This document shows, piece after piece, positions 43,441 to 53,362 of a DNA stretch of 64,000 nt (position 1 is its first letter; each line of letters starts with the position of its first letter). The notes beneath the pieces are model-generated. The model was given only the letters and a program-made list of their open reading frames with translations. It made no database searches and had not been told where the DNA came from. The translations under genes and the position numbers were made by a program. The stretch is from an uncultured delta proteobacterium (GTDB taxonomy: Bacteria; Desulfobacterota; Desulfobacteria; Desulfobacterales; JAHEIW01). The stretch spans positions 192,001 to 256,000 of the forward strand of contig CAVPNL010000005.1 in NCBI GenBank assembly GCA_963706575.1, given 5' to 3'.

Positions 43441-44116
43441 TTATAAACTTTTTACAGCAGCGATGACAGCCTCCACGGCGGTTTCGATGAACATTCTGCC
43501 CATATTGATGGTGAGATCATAATTTTCAGGATCGGATATATCGGCATTATAGGATTTTCTGATAAAAGCGCTGCGCCTTGATTCTCTACCAATCACGCGC
43601 TTCCTGGCTTCGGCAGACACTTTATAGGCGCGGGCCACATTTTGAATCCTTATTTCTAATGGGGCCACGATCCGCAAACTGAATCTTTCTTCAGGCGGGA
43701 GAATAAAATTGGCGCCCCGGCCGACAATTACCGCGCGCCCATGATTTGCAATCGTGTTGACAACCTTCACCAGATGTTCCATGTAGATACCGGGATAGAG
43801 ATATTGGTCTTTGTAAAGGGAGGCGATAAAATCCTCAACCCCCGAGAGTCGTTCTTTTTCAAGGGTATCGATGACCGAGGCCCGTATTTTGGCGCTTTTG
43901 GCGATTCCCTGGATAATGTCCCGGTGAAAATAATCAAAACCTAATCGATCGGCAACTTCCTGGGCCACAAGGCTGCCGCCGCTTCCAGGTTTCATGCTAA
44001 CTGTGATCACCGGAATATGGACTTCCGGCATGCGGTCTTTTTTCGGCAGGGCCGCTTTCCCATTTTCTGATTTGCTGCTTTACAAACTCCGCGATTGAAT
44101 TTTCTTTTGTGACCAT
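43441..44116 (-). CDS. Cytidylate kinase-like family protein; indel near 44040
   Basis: ITVSMKPGSGG, VIVGRGA and YDLTIN motifs; N-terminus MVTKENS from 44116 lies in another frame. Confidence 0.82.
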
Positions 44117-44126
44117 TTTTTTCAGA

Positions 44127-44711
44127 TTATTTTCCGGATGTGCTTTCCATGAAATGATAAAGCAATTTCTGCTCGTCGACTGCCGTGATTTCTTCAGGCA
44201 GCCGTTTCTCCGCCAGCGCGATAGCGGATTCAATCAGCTCTGATCGAATTAAATTTCTGGCCTCTACGATTTGGTTTTCGATTCTCTGCCGGGTACCAGC
44301 CAGCAAAATCATGCTTTCATGACGGGCGTCTTCAATGATACCTGTTTTCTCTTTTCGCCGTCCTCAATGATTCTCTTTTTTACGTTTTTAAAACGGGTGA
44401 TGCTGTTTTTAAGCACTTTGTTTGCTTCTTTAATTTTTTCTTCGGCCGCTTCTTTTTGCTGCTCAAATTTTTTGATCTGGTGATCGATCTCTTCTCTACG
44501 GTTCGAAAAAAAATCTTTTATCGGTTTTCTGCCAAACTTTACCAGGACAAACGCAATGATCGCGAAATTCAACCACCGCATCACCAGATCAAAAGTTGAT
44601 CGCCAGTCATCTGTGGTTTCGGCTGCAGGGCGTCAGTGCTGCCTAAAAGCAGCGCGACACAAACGGCGATCAAATAACAGCCGAAAAATGCGATAGGGTA
44701 ATTTTCCTCAT
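44127..44711 (-). CDS. atpF: ATP synthase Fo subunit b; several indels
   Basis: MRWLNFAIIAFVLVKFGRKPIKDFFSNRR followed by coiled coil; ATG overlaps the upstream stop. Confidence 0.82.
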
Positions 44712-45163
44712 GAATGCTGACTCCGATACAGGACCGCTTCGATAATATGTTTTGCCAGATCCTCAGATTCCTTTTGTACATGTTTTCTGGCTGCTGAGAT
44801 CTGGCTATCGACTTCCTTTTGGGCCTCGGCACTTAATGCGTTAATCTCTTCCCGGGTAGATGCGATTATTTCAGCAGCCTGCAGGCTGCCGGCGGCTTCC
44901 AGCTGTTCCTTTTGCTTAAAGGCTTCATTTCTGACAGCGTTTTCCTGCGCCTCTATCTGATGGGTTAAATCCTCAAACTGGTTTTCGGCTTCGACGATAT
45001 CTTTCTGGACATTTTCAACATAGGTTTCTCTTTCATTCATTAGCTTGCGCAGCGGACGGAACATGATCCGATTGATGATAAACAGAAAAATCAGAAAAGA
45101 GATGACCTGGACGATCAAGGTCTCATTTATGCTGATAAGCGCAATATTGCTGATAATTTCCAT
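44708..45163 (-). CDS. atpF: ATP synthase Fo subunit b'
   Basis: INETLIVQVISFLIFLFIINRIMFRPL followed by coiled coil. Confidence 0.88.
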   Translation of the reverse strand: MEIISNIALISINETLIVQVISFLIFLFIINRIMFRPLRKLMNERETYVENVQKDIVEAENQFEDLTHQIEAQENAVRNEAFKQKEQLEAAGSLQAAEIIASTREEINALSAEAQKEVDSQISAARKHVQKESEDLAKHIIEAVLYRSQHS

Positions 45164-45290
45164 TGTCATTCGTCCAATAAGGTACTGTAATTCGGCCAAG
45201 ACCTTACGGCCCGATTCACCTCGGACGGATGAATCAGGAATCGGATTCAAGGCCCGCCGGAGAAATCTTCGGCGAGCTCGCCTCAAATAT

Positions 45291-45560
45291 TCAAAACTGC
45301 GATCGGTTTAACTTAGACCACAAAAAGAGCAGCAAGGCGATAACCAGCGAATAAATTCCGGTGGACTCGGCAACGGCCTGGCCCACCAGCATGGTGCGGG
45401 TGAGCAGTCCGGCCTCCTGGGGATTTTTACCAATCGCCTCACAGGCCTTTGCGGCCACCATGCCTTCGCCGACGCCGGGGCCGATGGCCCCCAGCCCCAT
45501 CGAAATTCCAGCTCCGATAAATGCGGCTGCTTTGATGATATCCGCGCCTTCGATTGCCAT
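45291..45560 (-). CDS. atpE: ATP synthase c subunit, Na+-binding type (true stop probably at 45313)
   Basis: GPGVGEG in helix 1 and GQAVAESTGIY in helix 2. Confidence 0.92.
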   Translation of the reverse strand: MAIEGADIIKAAAFIGAGISMGLGAIGPGVGEGMVAAKACEAIGKNPQEAGLLTRTMLVGQAVAESTGIYSLVIALLLFLWSKLNRSQF

Positions 45561-45676
45561 TTTTAACCTCCTTGTAAAAATGTCTATTAAATTGATATCT
45601 GACTGAAGCCTTCAATACGGTTAAATTGCGGTTCGAAATTCCTAAATCACTAATCGGTAATCAGTCCAACATTACA

Positions 45677-46650
45677 TTACACCACAAATATCAACACCAG
45701 GCTGATCACCATGGCATAAATCGCCGTCGACTGGGAAACCGCCTGTCCGACCAGCATGATTCGCATCAGGTCGCCGGCATGTTCGACGTTTCGTGCCACC
45801 CATCGCACAGCCCCTTCGGCTGCCATTCCGTTGCCGATTCCCGGACCAATGCCGCCGAATCCCATGCAGAGTCCGGCCGCCAAAAGGGCCATGGCGGCGC
45901 TCAGCGCGTGGACTCGGGAAATGACTTGAACATCAGGATGAAGCTGACCAGCAGCCCGAAGATCGAGGGGGTCTGGGCCACCGCCTGGCCGACCAGCATG
46001 GTCGTGGTCACGCTTGGCGACCGTTGCGGGTTCGGGCGATGCCCTCGCAGCTGGCGCCGGCCGCCAGTCCGCCTCCGTAGCCGGACCCGATGGATGCCAG
46101 CCCCATGCTCAAACCGGCGCCCAGATAGGCCGCCCATGTTGGGGTCAGCGGGGCATTCCGAAATTCGATGAATATCAGCATCAGGGCCACAACCATGGAA
46201 AAGATGGCCGGCGTCTGGCAGACCGCCGATCCGATCAGCATATTGGTCGTCAATTGGGAGGACGCTGCCGGTTGTCTGCGAGATTCCGAAACAGGCCTCT
46301 CCGGCCGGATAGCCTGAGCCGATGCCCGAGCCGATGGCCCCGAAGCCCATACTCAGATCCGGCCCCGAAAAGCGCTGCGGCTTTTAACAGGCTGGGTTGG
46401 CGATGTCCATAAACAGCAGCAGGATGGCGATCACCAGGGCGAAAATGGACGCCGATTCGGCCACCGCCTGTCCCACCAGCATGTTTTTAAAGATTTCGCC
46501 GGAAATTTCCGTGTTCCGGGAAACGGCAATATTGGCCATGGCCGCGGTGTGGCCTTCGCCGATCGCGGCCCCGATGGCGCCAAATCCCATCGCAAAACCG
46601 CCTCCGGTATAGGCGGCCACTTTTACGATGGTTTGAATATCAATTGCCAT
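45677..46650 (-). CDS. atpE: Four-hairpin fused c subunit (about 324 aa after correcting 5 indels); Glu only in hairpin 1
   Basis: Helix-2 motifs GQAVAES, GSAVCQT, GQAVAQT and GQAVSQS; hairpins 2-3 contiguous in ORF 46008-46253. Confidence 0.78.
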
Positions 46651-46654
46651 GGCG

Positions 46655-47328
46655 TCATTTTACCTGCACTGATATGTAGACAACCGTTAGCATCGTAAAT
46701 ACAAAGGCCTGAATGGTGCCGACGAAAAGTCCGAAAAAACGCGTATAAGAAAGGGCGGCAGCGACAACATTGTATGACGAGGTGGGAAACCACCAGGATA
46801 ATGATCGATCCGCCCATGATGTTGCCGAACAGTCGAAAGGATATCGATACGATTTTTGCCAGTTCGCCGATGACATTGAGCGGCATCATAAAAAATATCG
46901 GCTGGAAATATTCCTTGATATAGGCCTTAAACCCCTTGGATTTTATGCCGGCGTAATGGGCGATAAAAAAGCCCATCAGGCCCAGTCCGAGGGTCGTATT
47001 CAGATCTTTGGTCGGTTCGTCCAGATGCGGAATGATGCCCAGCCAGTTGGAAAGCAGCAGAAACAGAAAGAGCGCACAGATGGGGGGCGTAGGTTTTGGC
47101 CAGCTCCTTGCCCAGCGCATCTTCGGTAAGATCGTATAGAAGGGATACGATCAGTTCCCCCAGGGCCTGGATGGGTCGGGGCAGGATTTTTCTTTTGCGG
47201 GCAAACAGCCCGAGCACGATCAGGATCGAAAAAACGATCCAGGTCATCACGATAACTTCAAGATTGATGGTGATGTTGTGGCCGAAGAAAGGAATTATCA
47301 GTTGGTGTAATCTCCCAAGTTCGCCCAT
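46655..47328 (-). CDS. atpB: ATP synthase Fo subunit a; several indels
   Basis: PTKDLNTT, SISFRLFGNI (essential Arg) and IQAFVFTMLT motifs. Confidence 0.9.
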
Positions 47329-47340
47329 AAAAATATCCGT

Positions 47341-47727
47341 TTAAGCCTGTTTTTTCCCCATTGCGGGAATAAGGATTAATGCATGTTCGGCCAGAATGAC
47401 CAGCTGAATCATAAAGATGCCCATGATGGCTGCGACCAGATTAAACTGTTCGTACTTGACGGCTGCGATCAGCGGGATCGCCAGCAAAAGGTATCTGATA
47501 ATGATGGACCCCATGGAAATCGAAAAGGTTTTGGCCTTTGACCGGCCAAACCTCAACGCTATGGATTTACCCATTAGAATAAAATTGAGCACACTGAAAA
47601 TAGCACCCAGGATCAATCCTTTGCCCAGCGGTTTATGTCCCATCAGGATAAACACTATCCCGACACCGATGGAAAAGGTTAATGCCAGCGTCGTGTATTT
47701 TTTTTGGGCTTGCTTAACGGCGTCCAT
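47341..47727 (-). CDS. atpI: ATP synthase protein I
   Basis: Four-TM protein directly upstream of atpB; GLILGAIFSVLNF...IIRY. Confidence 0.8.
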   Translation of the reverse strand: MDAVKQAQKKYTTLALTFSIGVGIVFILMGHKPLGKGLILGAIFSVLNFILMGKSIALRFGRSKAKTFSISMGSIIIRYLLLAIPLIAAVKYEQFNLVAAIMGIFMIQLVILAEHALILIPAMGKKQA

Positions 47728-47980
47728 TTGTTGAATCTTTTTTGTTCTCCGGCGGGGTTTTAAGGGTTTCTGAAATTTGCCGGTAGACGGTGACGGCACC
47801 GCCGACGATGCCTAGGATGATAAAAAGGGTGACAAATATTCCTCTGGTTCCCAACCATTTGTCCAGATACAATCCGATAAAAAAACAAAAAACGATGCAA
47901 CCGGCCATTGTCAGGCCGATTTGCATGACGATTGAAAGGCTCTCGGCCCAGGCTCGGTTTTTTTTATAATTAAAAACCAT
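47714..47980 (-). CDS. AtpZ/AtpI (ATPase gene 1) family protein
   Basis: IGLYLDKWLGT motif, two TMs, first gene of the Fo operon. Confidence 0.85.
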   Translation of the reverse strand: MVFNYKKNRAWAESLSIVMQIGLTMAGCIVFCFFIGLYLDKWLGTRGIFVTLFIILGIVGGAVTVYRQISETLKTPPENKKDSTNGRR

Positions 47981-48254
47981 TGTCCATAAAGATTCATTGA
48001 AACTAAGGAACATGTTTAAAACGTATTCGATTAGCATAGCAACAAGATCTTTGCAAGCGAATTCCCACCGCACAGTGGGCACAAAACCACCCTTGACAGT
48101 GACGGGTGTGTTCCTATAATCATTAATATAATTTGGCTGACGAATTCAATCCGGTGATCAAGGCCTCATCATGGAAGGAATGAATGCAATTCCGGTTCTC
48201 AATCTGTTTTCCCTTTGAATCCTATTACCTTAACATTTAAGGAGGGCATTTATT

Positions 48255-48830
48255 ATGGGAAATATCTATAAATATTTGGCCGTATTCCTCGGCGTACTGC
48301 TGGTATCGGGCGGTTTTGCATGGGCCGATTCTCAACCGCCTGCCGTAGGCGGTGTGCTGCCCGAATTTACACTTCCCGTACCCCAAAGCGATGAGTACCA
48401 GAAATATTTAGGCCTGGCAGGCAAAGAATCTTTCAAAATTTCTGAGATAAGCGCCGAAGTTGTCATTGTTGAGATATTCAGTATGTACTGACCCTACTGT
48501 CAGAGGGAGGCTCCCTCTATCAACGAGATGTACCGCAAAATCGAAAGCGACAAAAGGCTCAAAGACAAAGTGAAGCTGGTGGGCATCGGTGCCGGAAATT
48601 CAGCTTTCGAGGTCGGCTATTTTAAAAAGACCTACGATATACCGTTTCCCCTTTTTCCGGATGGCAATTTTTCAATCCACAAGAAGGTCGGCGAAGTTCG
48701 AACGCCTTTTTTTATTTGTATTCGCATAAAGAAAGATGGCAGCCACGAAGTTTTTTATTCTAAAGTTGGCGGTGCCAAAGACGCCGATCTACTCCTCAAA
48801 AAACTTCTCCAGGATTCGGGGTTGCTATAA
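48255..48830 (+). CDS. Exported thioredoxin-fold (TlpA/Prx-like) selenoprotein with UPYC motif
   Basis: ORFs 48255-48491 and 48528-48830 share a frame; TGA at 48489 gives FSMY-U-PYC; SECIS-like hairpin follows; signal peptide present. Confidence 0.88.
48502..48518 (+). promoter_or_regulatory. Bacterial SECIS-like hairpin
   Basis: AGAGGGA-GGC-TCCCTCT starting 10 nt after the UGA. Confidence 0.75.
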
Positions 48831-48843
48831 GGAGGTGCTCCCT

Positions 48844-49446
48844 ATGAAAAAATTTATAATCATCAATATCGTACCCGCTCTGATCTTAGTGTTATTCGTC
48901 GCAACTGCTTTTGGAGCCTCACAAGCGTTTAAGGATAATATCTATGATCCGGGACAACTTAAACCGGTTGACAGCACCTTAAAAGTCAAAATTGGCGAAG
49001 CGGCACCGGACTTTACGCTGCCGTCTGTATCCGGAGAAAAAATTTCTCTCAGCCAGTACCGGGGCAAAAAACATGTGGTCATTTCGTTTGTCCCCGCAGC
49101 CTGGACCCCGGTGTGTTCCGATCAGTGGCCGGGTTATAATATTGTCAAAGAAATCTTTAACGAAAACGATGCCGTGCTTCTGGGCATCACGGTCGATAAC
49201 ATACCGACGCTGTATGCCTGGACCAATCAGATGGGGGACTTGTGGTTTCCGGTGCTTTCAGATTTCTGGCCCCACGGCGCAGTGGCTGAAAAATACGGTG
49301 TGCTGCGGTCCAGCGGCGTTAGCGAGCGGGCATTGATCTTCATTGATAAAAAGGGGATCATTCAGGATATTCAGGTTTCGGATATCAATGTCAGGCCTGA
49401 TCTGGCACAGTGTGCGACGACCCTGGAAAAAATGAATAAAAAATAA
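48844..49446 (+). CDS. Peroxiredoxin (AhpE/BCP-like) with signal peptide
   Basis: PAAWTPVC (PxxxTxxC), SDFWPHG and SERA motifs; GGAGG before ATG at 48844. Confidence 0.88.
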   Translation: MKKFIIINIVPALILVLFVATAFGASQAFKDNIYDPGQLKPVDSTLKVKIGEAAPDFTLPSVSGEKISLSQYRGKKHVVISFVPAAWTPVCSDQWPGYNIVKEIFNENDAVLLGITVDNIPTLYAWTNQMGDLWFPVLSDFWPHGAVAEKYGVLRSSGVSERALIFIDKKGIIQDIQVSDINVRPDLAQCATTLEKMNKK

Positions 49447-49452
49447 TGGAAG

Positions 49453-49944
49453 ATGACTTTGATGGATCTGATTCGGCGCACGTTTATATCTCTAGCAGCC
49501 CTGCTCTTAATGGTTTTCTTCATCATGCATACTGATGCGAGTGCCGCAGTCACCATTCAGAAGATTTCGGAATCGGCGCTTGATGAGTTGATCAATACCC
49601 GTGACCATAAGATGGTGGTCACCTTTATGGCGGCCTGGTGTGGACCCTGCATTGACGAGCTGCCTGTCTTAAACAAATTATACCAAAAGTATAAAGTCCA
49701 GGGCCTAAAATTGATCGGTATCAGTATCGATCTGGCAGGGCCTCAGGCGATGCAGCCGATCATTGATAAATTGAAGGTCGGTTTTCCGGTTTACTGGTAT
49801 GGCGAATCCGCCGTCCAAAAATTTTCCATATACGCGATACCGATGATTTTTTGGGTGAAAGACGGCCGGATTGTCGAAAAAATGCCGGGCAGGCGATCCG
49901 GTAAGGAGCTGGACAAAAAGATTCGGAAATTTTTGGCGGAATAG
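49453..49944 (+). CDS. TlpA family disulfide reductase
   Basis: WCGPC motif, cis-Pro (AIP), N-terminal signal/anchor. Confidence 0.9.
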   Translation: MTLMDLIRRTFISLAALLLMVFFIMHTDASAAVTIQKISESALDELINTRDHKMVVTFMAAWCGPCIDELPVLNKLYQKYKVQGLKLIGISIDLAGPQAMQPIIDKLKVGFPVYWYGESAVQKFSIYAIPMIFWVKDGRIVEKMPGRRSGKELDKKIRKFLAE

Positions 49945-49946
49945 CC

Positions 49947-50098
49947 GTTACGGTTTACGCGTTGCGTGTTACGGGTTACGCGTTTCGAGGTGTGCGTTTC
50001 GCTTCGGATTGTAGTTGCATCTTACGGGTAAAAAAAACGTTTAATTGCATCGTTTGCAGACATATTCAACCCGCAACGCGTAACACGCAACACGGAAC
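49947..50098. repeat. Inverted heptamer array between convergent genes
   Basis: GTTACGG TTTACGC GTTGCGT GTTACGG GTTACGC ... CAACCCG CAACGCG TAACACG CAACACG. Confidence 0.8.
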
Positions 50099-50118
50099 TG
50101 ACCTTCAAGACAAGTGAG

Positions 50119-52070
50119 CTAATTTCCCTTGAGAGATTCCTTGCTGTTAAGCGCCTTCTCAACAGCATCCAAAATCTGATCCACGGTGTAAAAGGCGCTT
50201 TTAAAAACCGGATTGCCGTCCGGCGCGAAAACAACCAGCAGGGGGACCGTCAGACTGCCGACCTCCTCAAGTTTGGCTTTTCCGGCGGGATTGTTACCGG
50301 TGATGTCGACTTTCATCGCAACGATATGCTTCTGTGCCAGAAGCTTGATAATTCGTTGATCATGCAGCACACTTTCCTCGAGCACCTTGCAGTTTAGACA
50401 CCATTCGGCCGTAAAATCCATTACGACTGTTTTTCGTTGCACGATGGCCGCCTCAAAACGCTCGGGTGTGTAATAGGTCCATTTAATCGGTCCTTCATCC
50501 GACAAACGCCATGCCCCCCAGATTGGCGACACCATCAAAATAAAACCCAGGCTCACAAAAACACGTTTTGGTTATTTTATTTCCAGCCAGTGCCAGTGTC
50601 CGAAAAGCCAGCCAGGCGCCGCCGGCTGCAACCAGACCCATTACCGGCCACCAGTAAATTTTGCTCGGCGGGTCTGGGTGCAGAACTCAGCAGGGCACTG
50701 ATGCCAACGCCCAGAAAATAGGCAGCCGCCGCTAACATAAACAGGCCCATCACCTGTTTGATGAGCTCGCTGGCCGGTCCGGCTTTCGGCATGCGGTTGA
50801 CCAGATGGGGGAACGCTGAAAGCAACAGATACGGCAGGGCCATGCCCCCGCCGATGGCAGCAAAAGTAGACACGGTAGTCAGGGGACTTTGCGTCGCTGC
50901 CCAGGCGGCGGCCGCCCCCATAAAAGGCGCCGTACAGGGCGTTGATAAAACGGCTGCCAGAATGCCCAGCGCAAAAGATCCCCGCAGACTGTCCTGCTGG
51001 GGGTTGATCATGTAGATGAATTGGGGCAGACGAATCGAAAAAAAGCCAAACATCCCCAATGCCATGATCCCGATGACGCTGCCGACCAGGATGGTAAAAA
51101 CCGGATATTGGAACAATTGATTGGTGGCGGTAAAATCACTGACCAGTGCGATCAGGATACCCAGACCGATCCAAAACGCCAAAAGCCCCAGAGACATGAC
51201 CAATCCCAGCAGAAAACACCTTTTTCGATCTTCGGCTGCGTGGGACAAACTGATGATCTTGATCGGTATCAGTGGCAGGACACAGGGGGTAAAGTTCAGC
51301 AGCATTCCGCCCAACGCCGCTGTAAAGAGGAGCAATATCCATCCGAACCCCGATGCGGTATTGAAAGAAAATTTCCAGCCGAAAATATTGAATTTGATCC
51401 GTTTTGCCGGTGAACCCTCAACTCCGGAGGCCAGATTCACAAACAGTTCTGCATTTATTTTTGATGGGGTGACTCCGGATCCGGCCACCAGCAGCGTTTC
51501 TTTTAAGCGCTTTTTTTGCGGAAACAGGCAGTAGGTGTCCGAGCACGCCTGGTATTCTACCATTAATTCCAGTTCGATGATCCCCGGTTTTATCTGCTCA
51601 TCCAATTTCATCGGCAGGTAGATGATGGCCCGGCCTTCAAACGACATCAACGCGCCGCTGGCATAATCGACTTCAACCGGTATGGCCTGCGGGAAGCGGG
51701 CGGTCTCGATGGTGACGCCTTCGGGGGCAGCGATAACCTGAACTTTGGTGGGGTAGGGTTTGAAATCTTCAAAAGGCTGGACCTGGCTTTCATCGGCATT
51801 GATGTGAATGCCGTCTTTAATATCGATCACAACGGCCAGGACAACCGGGTCTCCGGGACGCGCCCGGTCAACCGACCAGGCAGTCTTGACTTGAACCACA
51901 TCTGAGGCCGAAGGGGAATCGGCAGCCTGCAACAGGCTGCCGATTTCTTTTTGGTCTTTGGCAATGGAAGCCCACGGCACCATTACCACCAAAATTAGTC
52001 CCAATCCGCAGGTGAAAACAACACGTTTCATATGGGTCAAAACAGCTTCGTATTTGTTACTCAGGTTCAT
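50119..52070 (-). CDS. dsbD: DsbD-like thiol:disulfide interchange protein; indels near 50570-50670
   Basis: YQACSDTYCLFP (alpha), TPCVLP and TPCTAP (TM), WCLNC (Trx) motifs. Confidence 0.88.
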
Positions 52071-52093
52071 AGGTTCAAGGATTAAATAAAAAC

Positions 52094-52141
52094 GGTGTCA
52101 GGTGTCAGGTGTCAGGATTGGCAGAGCTGACACCTGAACAC
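52094..52141. repeat. Inverted CAGGTGT heptamer array
   Basis: GGTGTCA three times ... CTGACACCTGAACAC. Confidence 0.75.
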
Positions 52142-52149
52142 TGGCCGCT

Positions 52150-53031
52150 TTACTGAAGTTCGAGCTGAATACCGCTTTTTAAGCCCATTTCCTGCGCTTT
52201 TATATCCAGATGCAAAGTTGCAACAAATTCCAGAGGTGGATAAATGATACGGTCTGCATTACGCTTATCGACGGCCTTTATATACGTTTTGCAACTGTCA
52301 CACACATCGACGCGGTAGTCTTTTTCGGTTTCGCTGAAGTAGTAATGCAAGGTGTTGCTGTCCTTATTTTCGCAAAAGGGGCAATAGATTCTTGGGGCCG
52401 CCCACTGATGCCAGCAGAATCCGCAAAATAAAACACGTTGCCCTTCGTCTTCAAACAGTGAAAATCCAGGGGCGCTGCCGCAAATGGGACAAAAACCCTT
52501 ATCCCACGGTTGGTCTGAATCCAGATAGGATGCAAGCTGCTCGGCGCAATGGACCACCGAGGGTTTGATGCTGCTGTAGGCAACCAAGGCCAGGGCTTTT
52601 TGTTCGATGCCAAGATCTTTTTCGGCTTTTTTAAAATAAGCATCTTCTGCTTTTAAAAGAGCGGCAAAAAGAGGCTTCGGATCCAGTGCCCCGGAGGCGA
52701 CGGCTTTGCGGATGACCCGGGCGGAATCCGCCATATCCGGGTTGGCCGCTTCGACGATCCGGCAGATGCGCTCTAAAAGGGCGATGGCTGCATCAGGTTC
52801 GAGCTCAAAATCGGCCATATCGATCAGCGAAAATTTTTCCTTTTTCTTTAGCGCCAGGATTTCTTCACTGATTTTTAGAGGGTCTATTTTTATCTGGCTC
52901 TTGGAATCTTCCTGGGCCACAAAAATTTTCTCGTAAAAGTTCAAAAGCTCTGCGTAAGTCGGCCGCAGCTTTTTCAGGGCGGCAGCCGCCTGTTTAACCT
53001 GTTGTGAGGTAATGGCCAGATAAGCGGTCAT
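52150..53031 (-). CDS. fdhE: Formate dehydrogenase accessory protein
   Basis: CPICGS, CGFC, CPFC and CDSCKTYIK motifs; LHLDIKAQ. Confidence 0.92.
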   Translation of the reverse strand: MTAYLAITSQQVKQAAAALKKLRPTYAELLNFYEKIFVAQEDSKSQIKIDPLKISEEILALKKKEKFSLIDMADFELEPDAAIALLERICRIVEAANPDMADSARVIRKAVASGALDPKPLFAALLKAEDAYFKKAEKDLGIEQKALALVAYSSIKPSVVHCAEQLASYLDSDQPWDKGFCPICGSAPGFSLFEDEGQRVLFCGFCWHQWAAPRIYCPFCENKDSNTLHYYFSETEKDYRVDVCDSCKTYIKAVDKRNADRIIYPPLEFVATLHLDIKAQEMGLKSGIQLELQ

Positions 53032-53050
53032 GTGTTCTCCTTTTATTTAG

Positions 53051-53251
53051 ATGTCAGGTTTCAGGTGTCAGGTATGAAAAGCTACAGATGACAGAGATTC
53101 GAAACAAAAATCCAGGCACCAATAAATTTTCACCAGTTTGAATATCGAATATCAAACAAGGAATTTCGAATGATGAGGTTTTCTTTTCCTTCGACATTCA
53201 TTATTCCTTGTTCGGTGTCCTGCTGATCTCTGTTTTCTGGCACCTGACACC
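53051..53251. repeat. Triple-nested inverted repeat array
   Basis: Outer CAGGTGT / ACACCTG, middle CAGA / TCTG, inner GAATATC-type arms; 53140-53170 matches the reverse complement of 5840-5870 at 28/31. Confidence 0.75.
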
Positions 53252-53302
53252 ATAAAAATAGAATATAAGACCTAAAAAAAGCCTATCATACCTTTTGTTA
53301 AT

Positions 53303-53337
53303 AAAAAAGGGGAGTCGGTAAACCGTCTCCCCTCTTT
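53303..53337 (-). terminator. Rho-independent terminator after fdhB
   Basis: GGGGAGTCGGT / ACCGTCTCCCC stem with A6 on the plus strand (U6 on minus). Confidence 0.7.
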
Positions 53338-53362
53338 ATGGTGATGCTGGCGCTGGTTATTT

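Noticed and set aside
45892..45903. TGA at 45901-45903 as Sec readthrough joining c hairpins 3 and 4
   Set aside because: The downstream ORF is out of frame; a 1-nt deletion explains the junction
48053..48068. Sigma54 promoter for the Fo operon (TGGGAATTCGCTTGCA, minus strand)
   Set aside because: GG-N10-GC spacing fits, but the match to TGGCAC is weak and there is no supporting evidence
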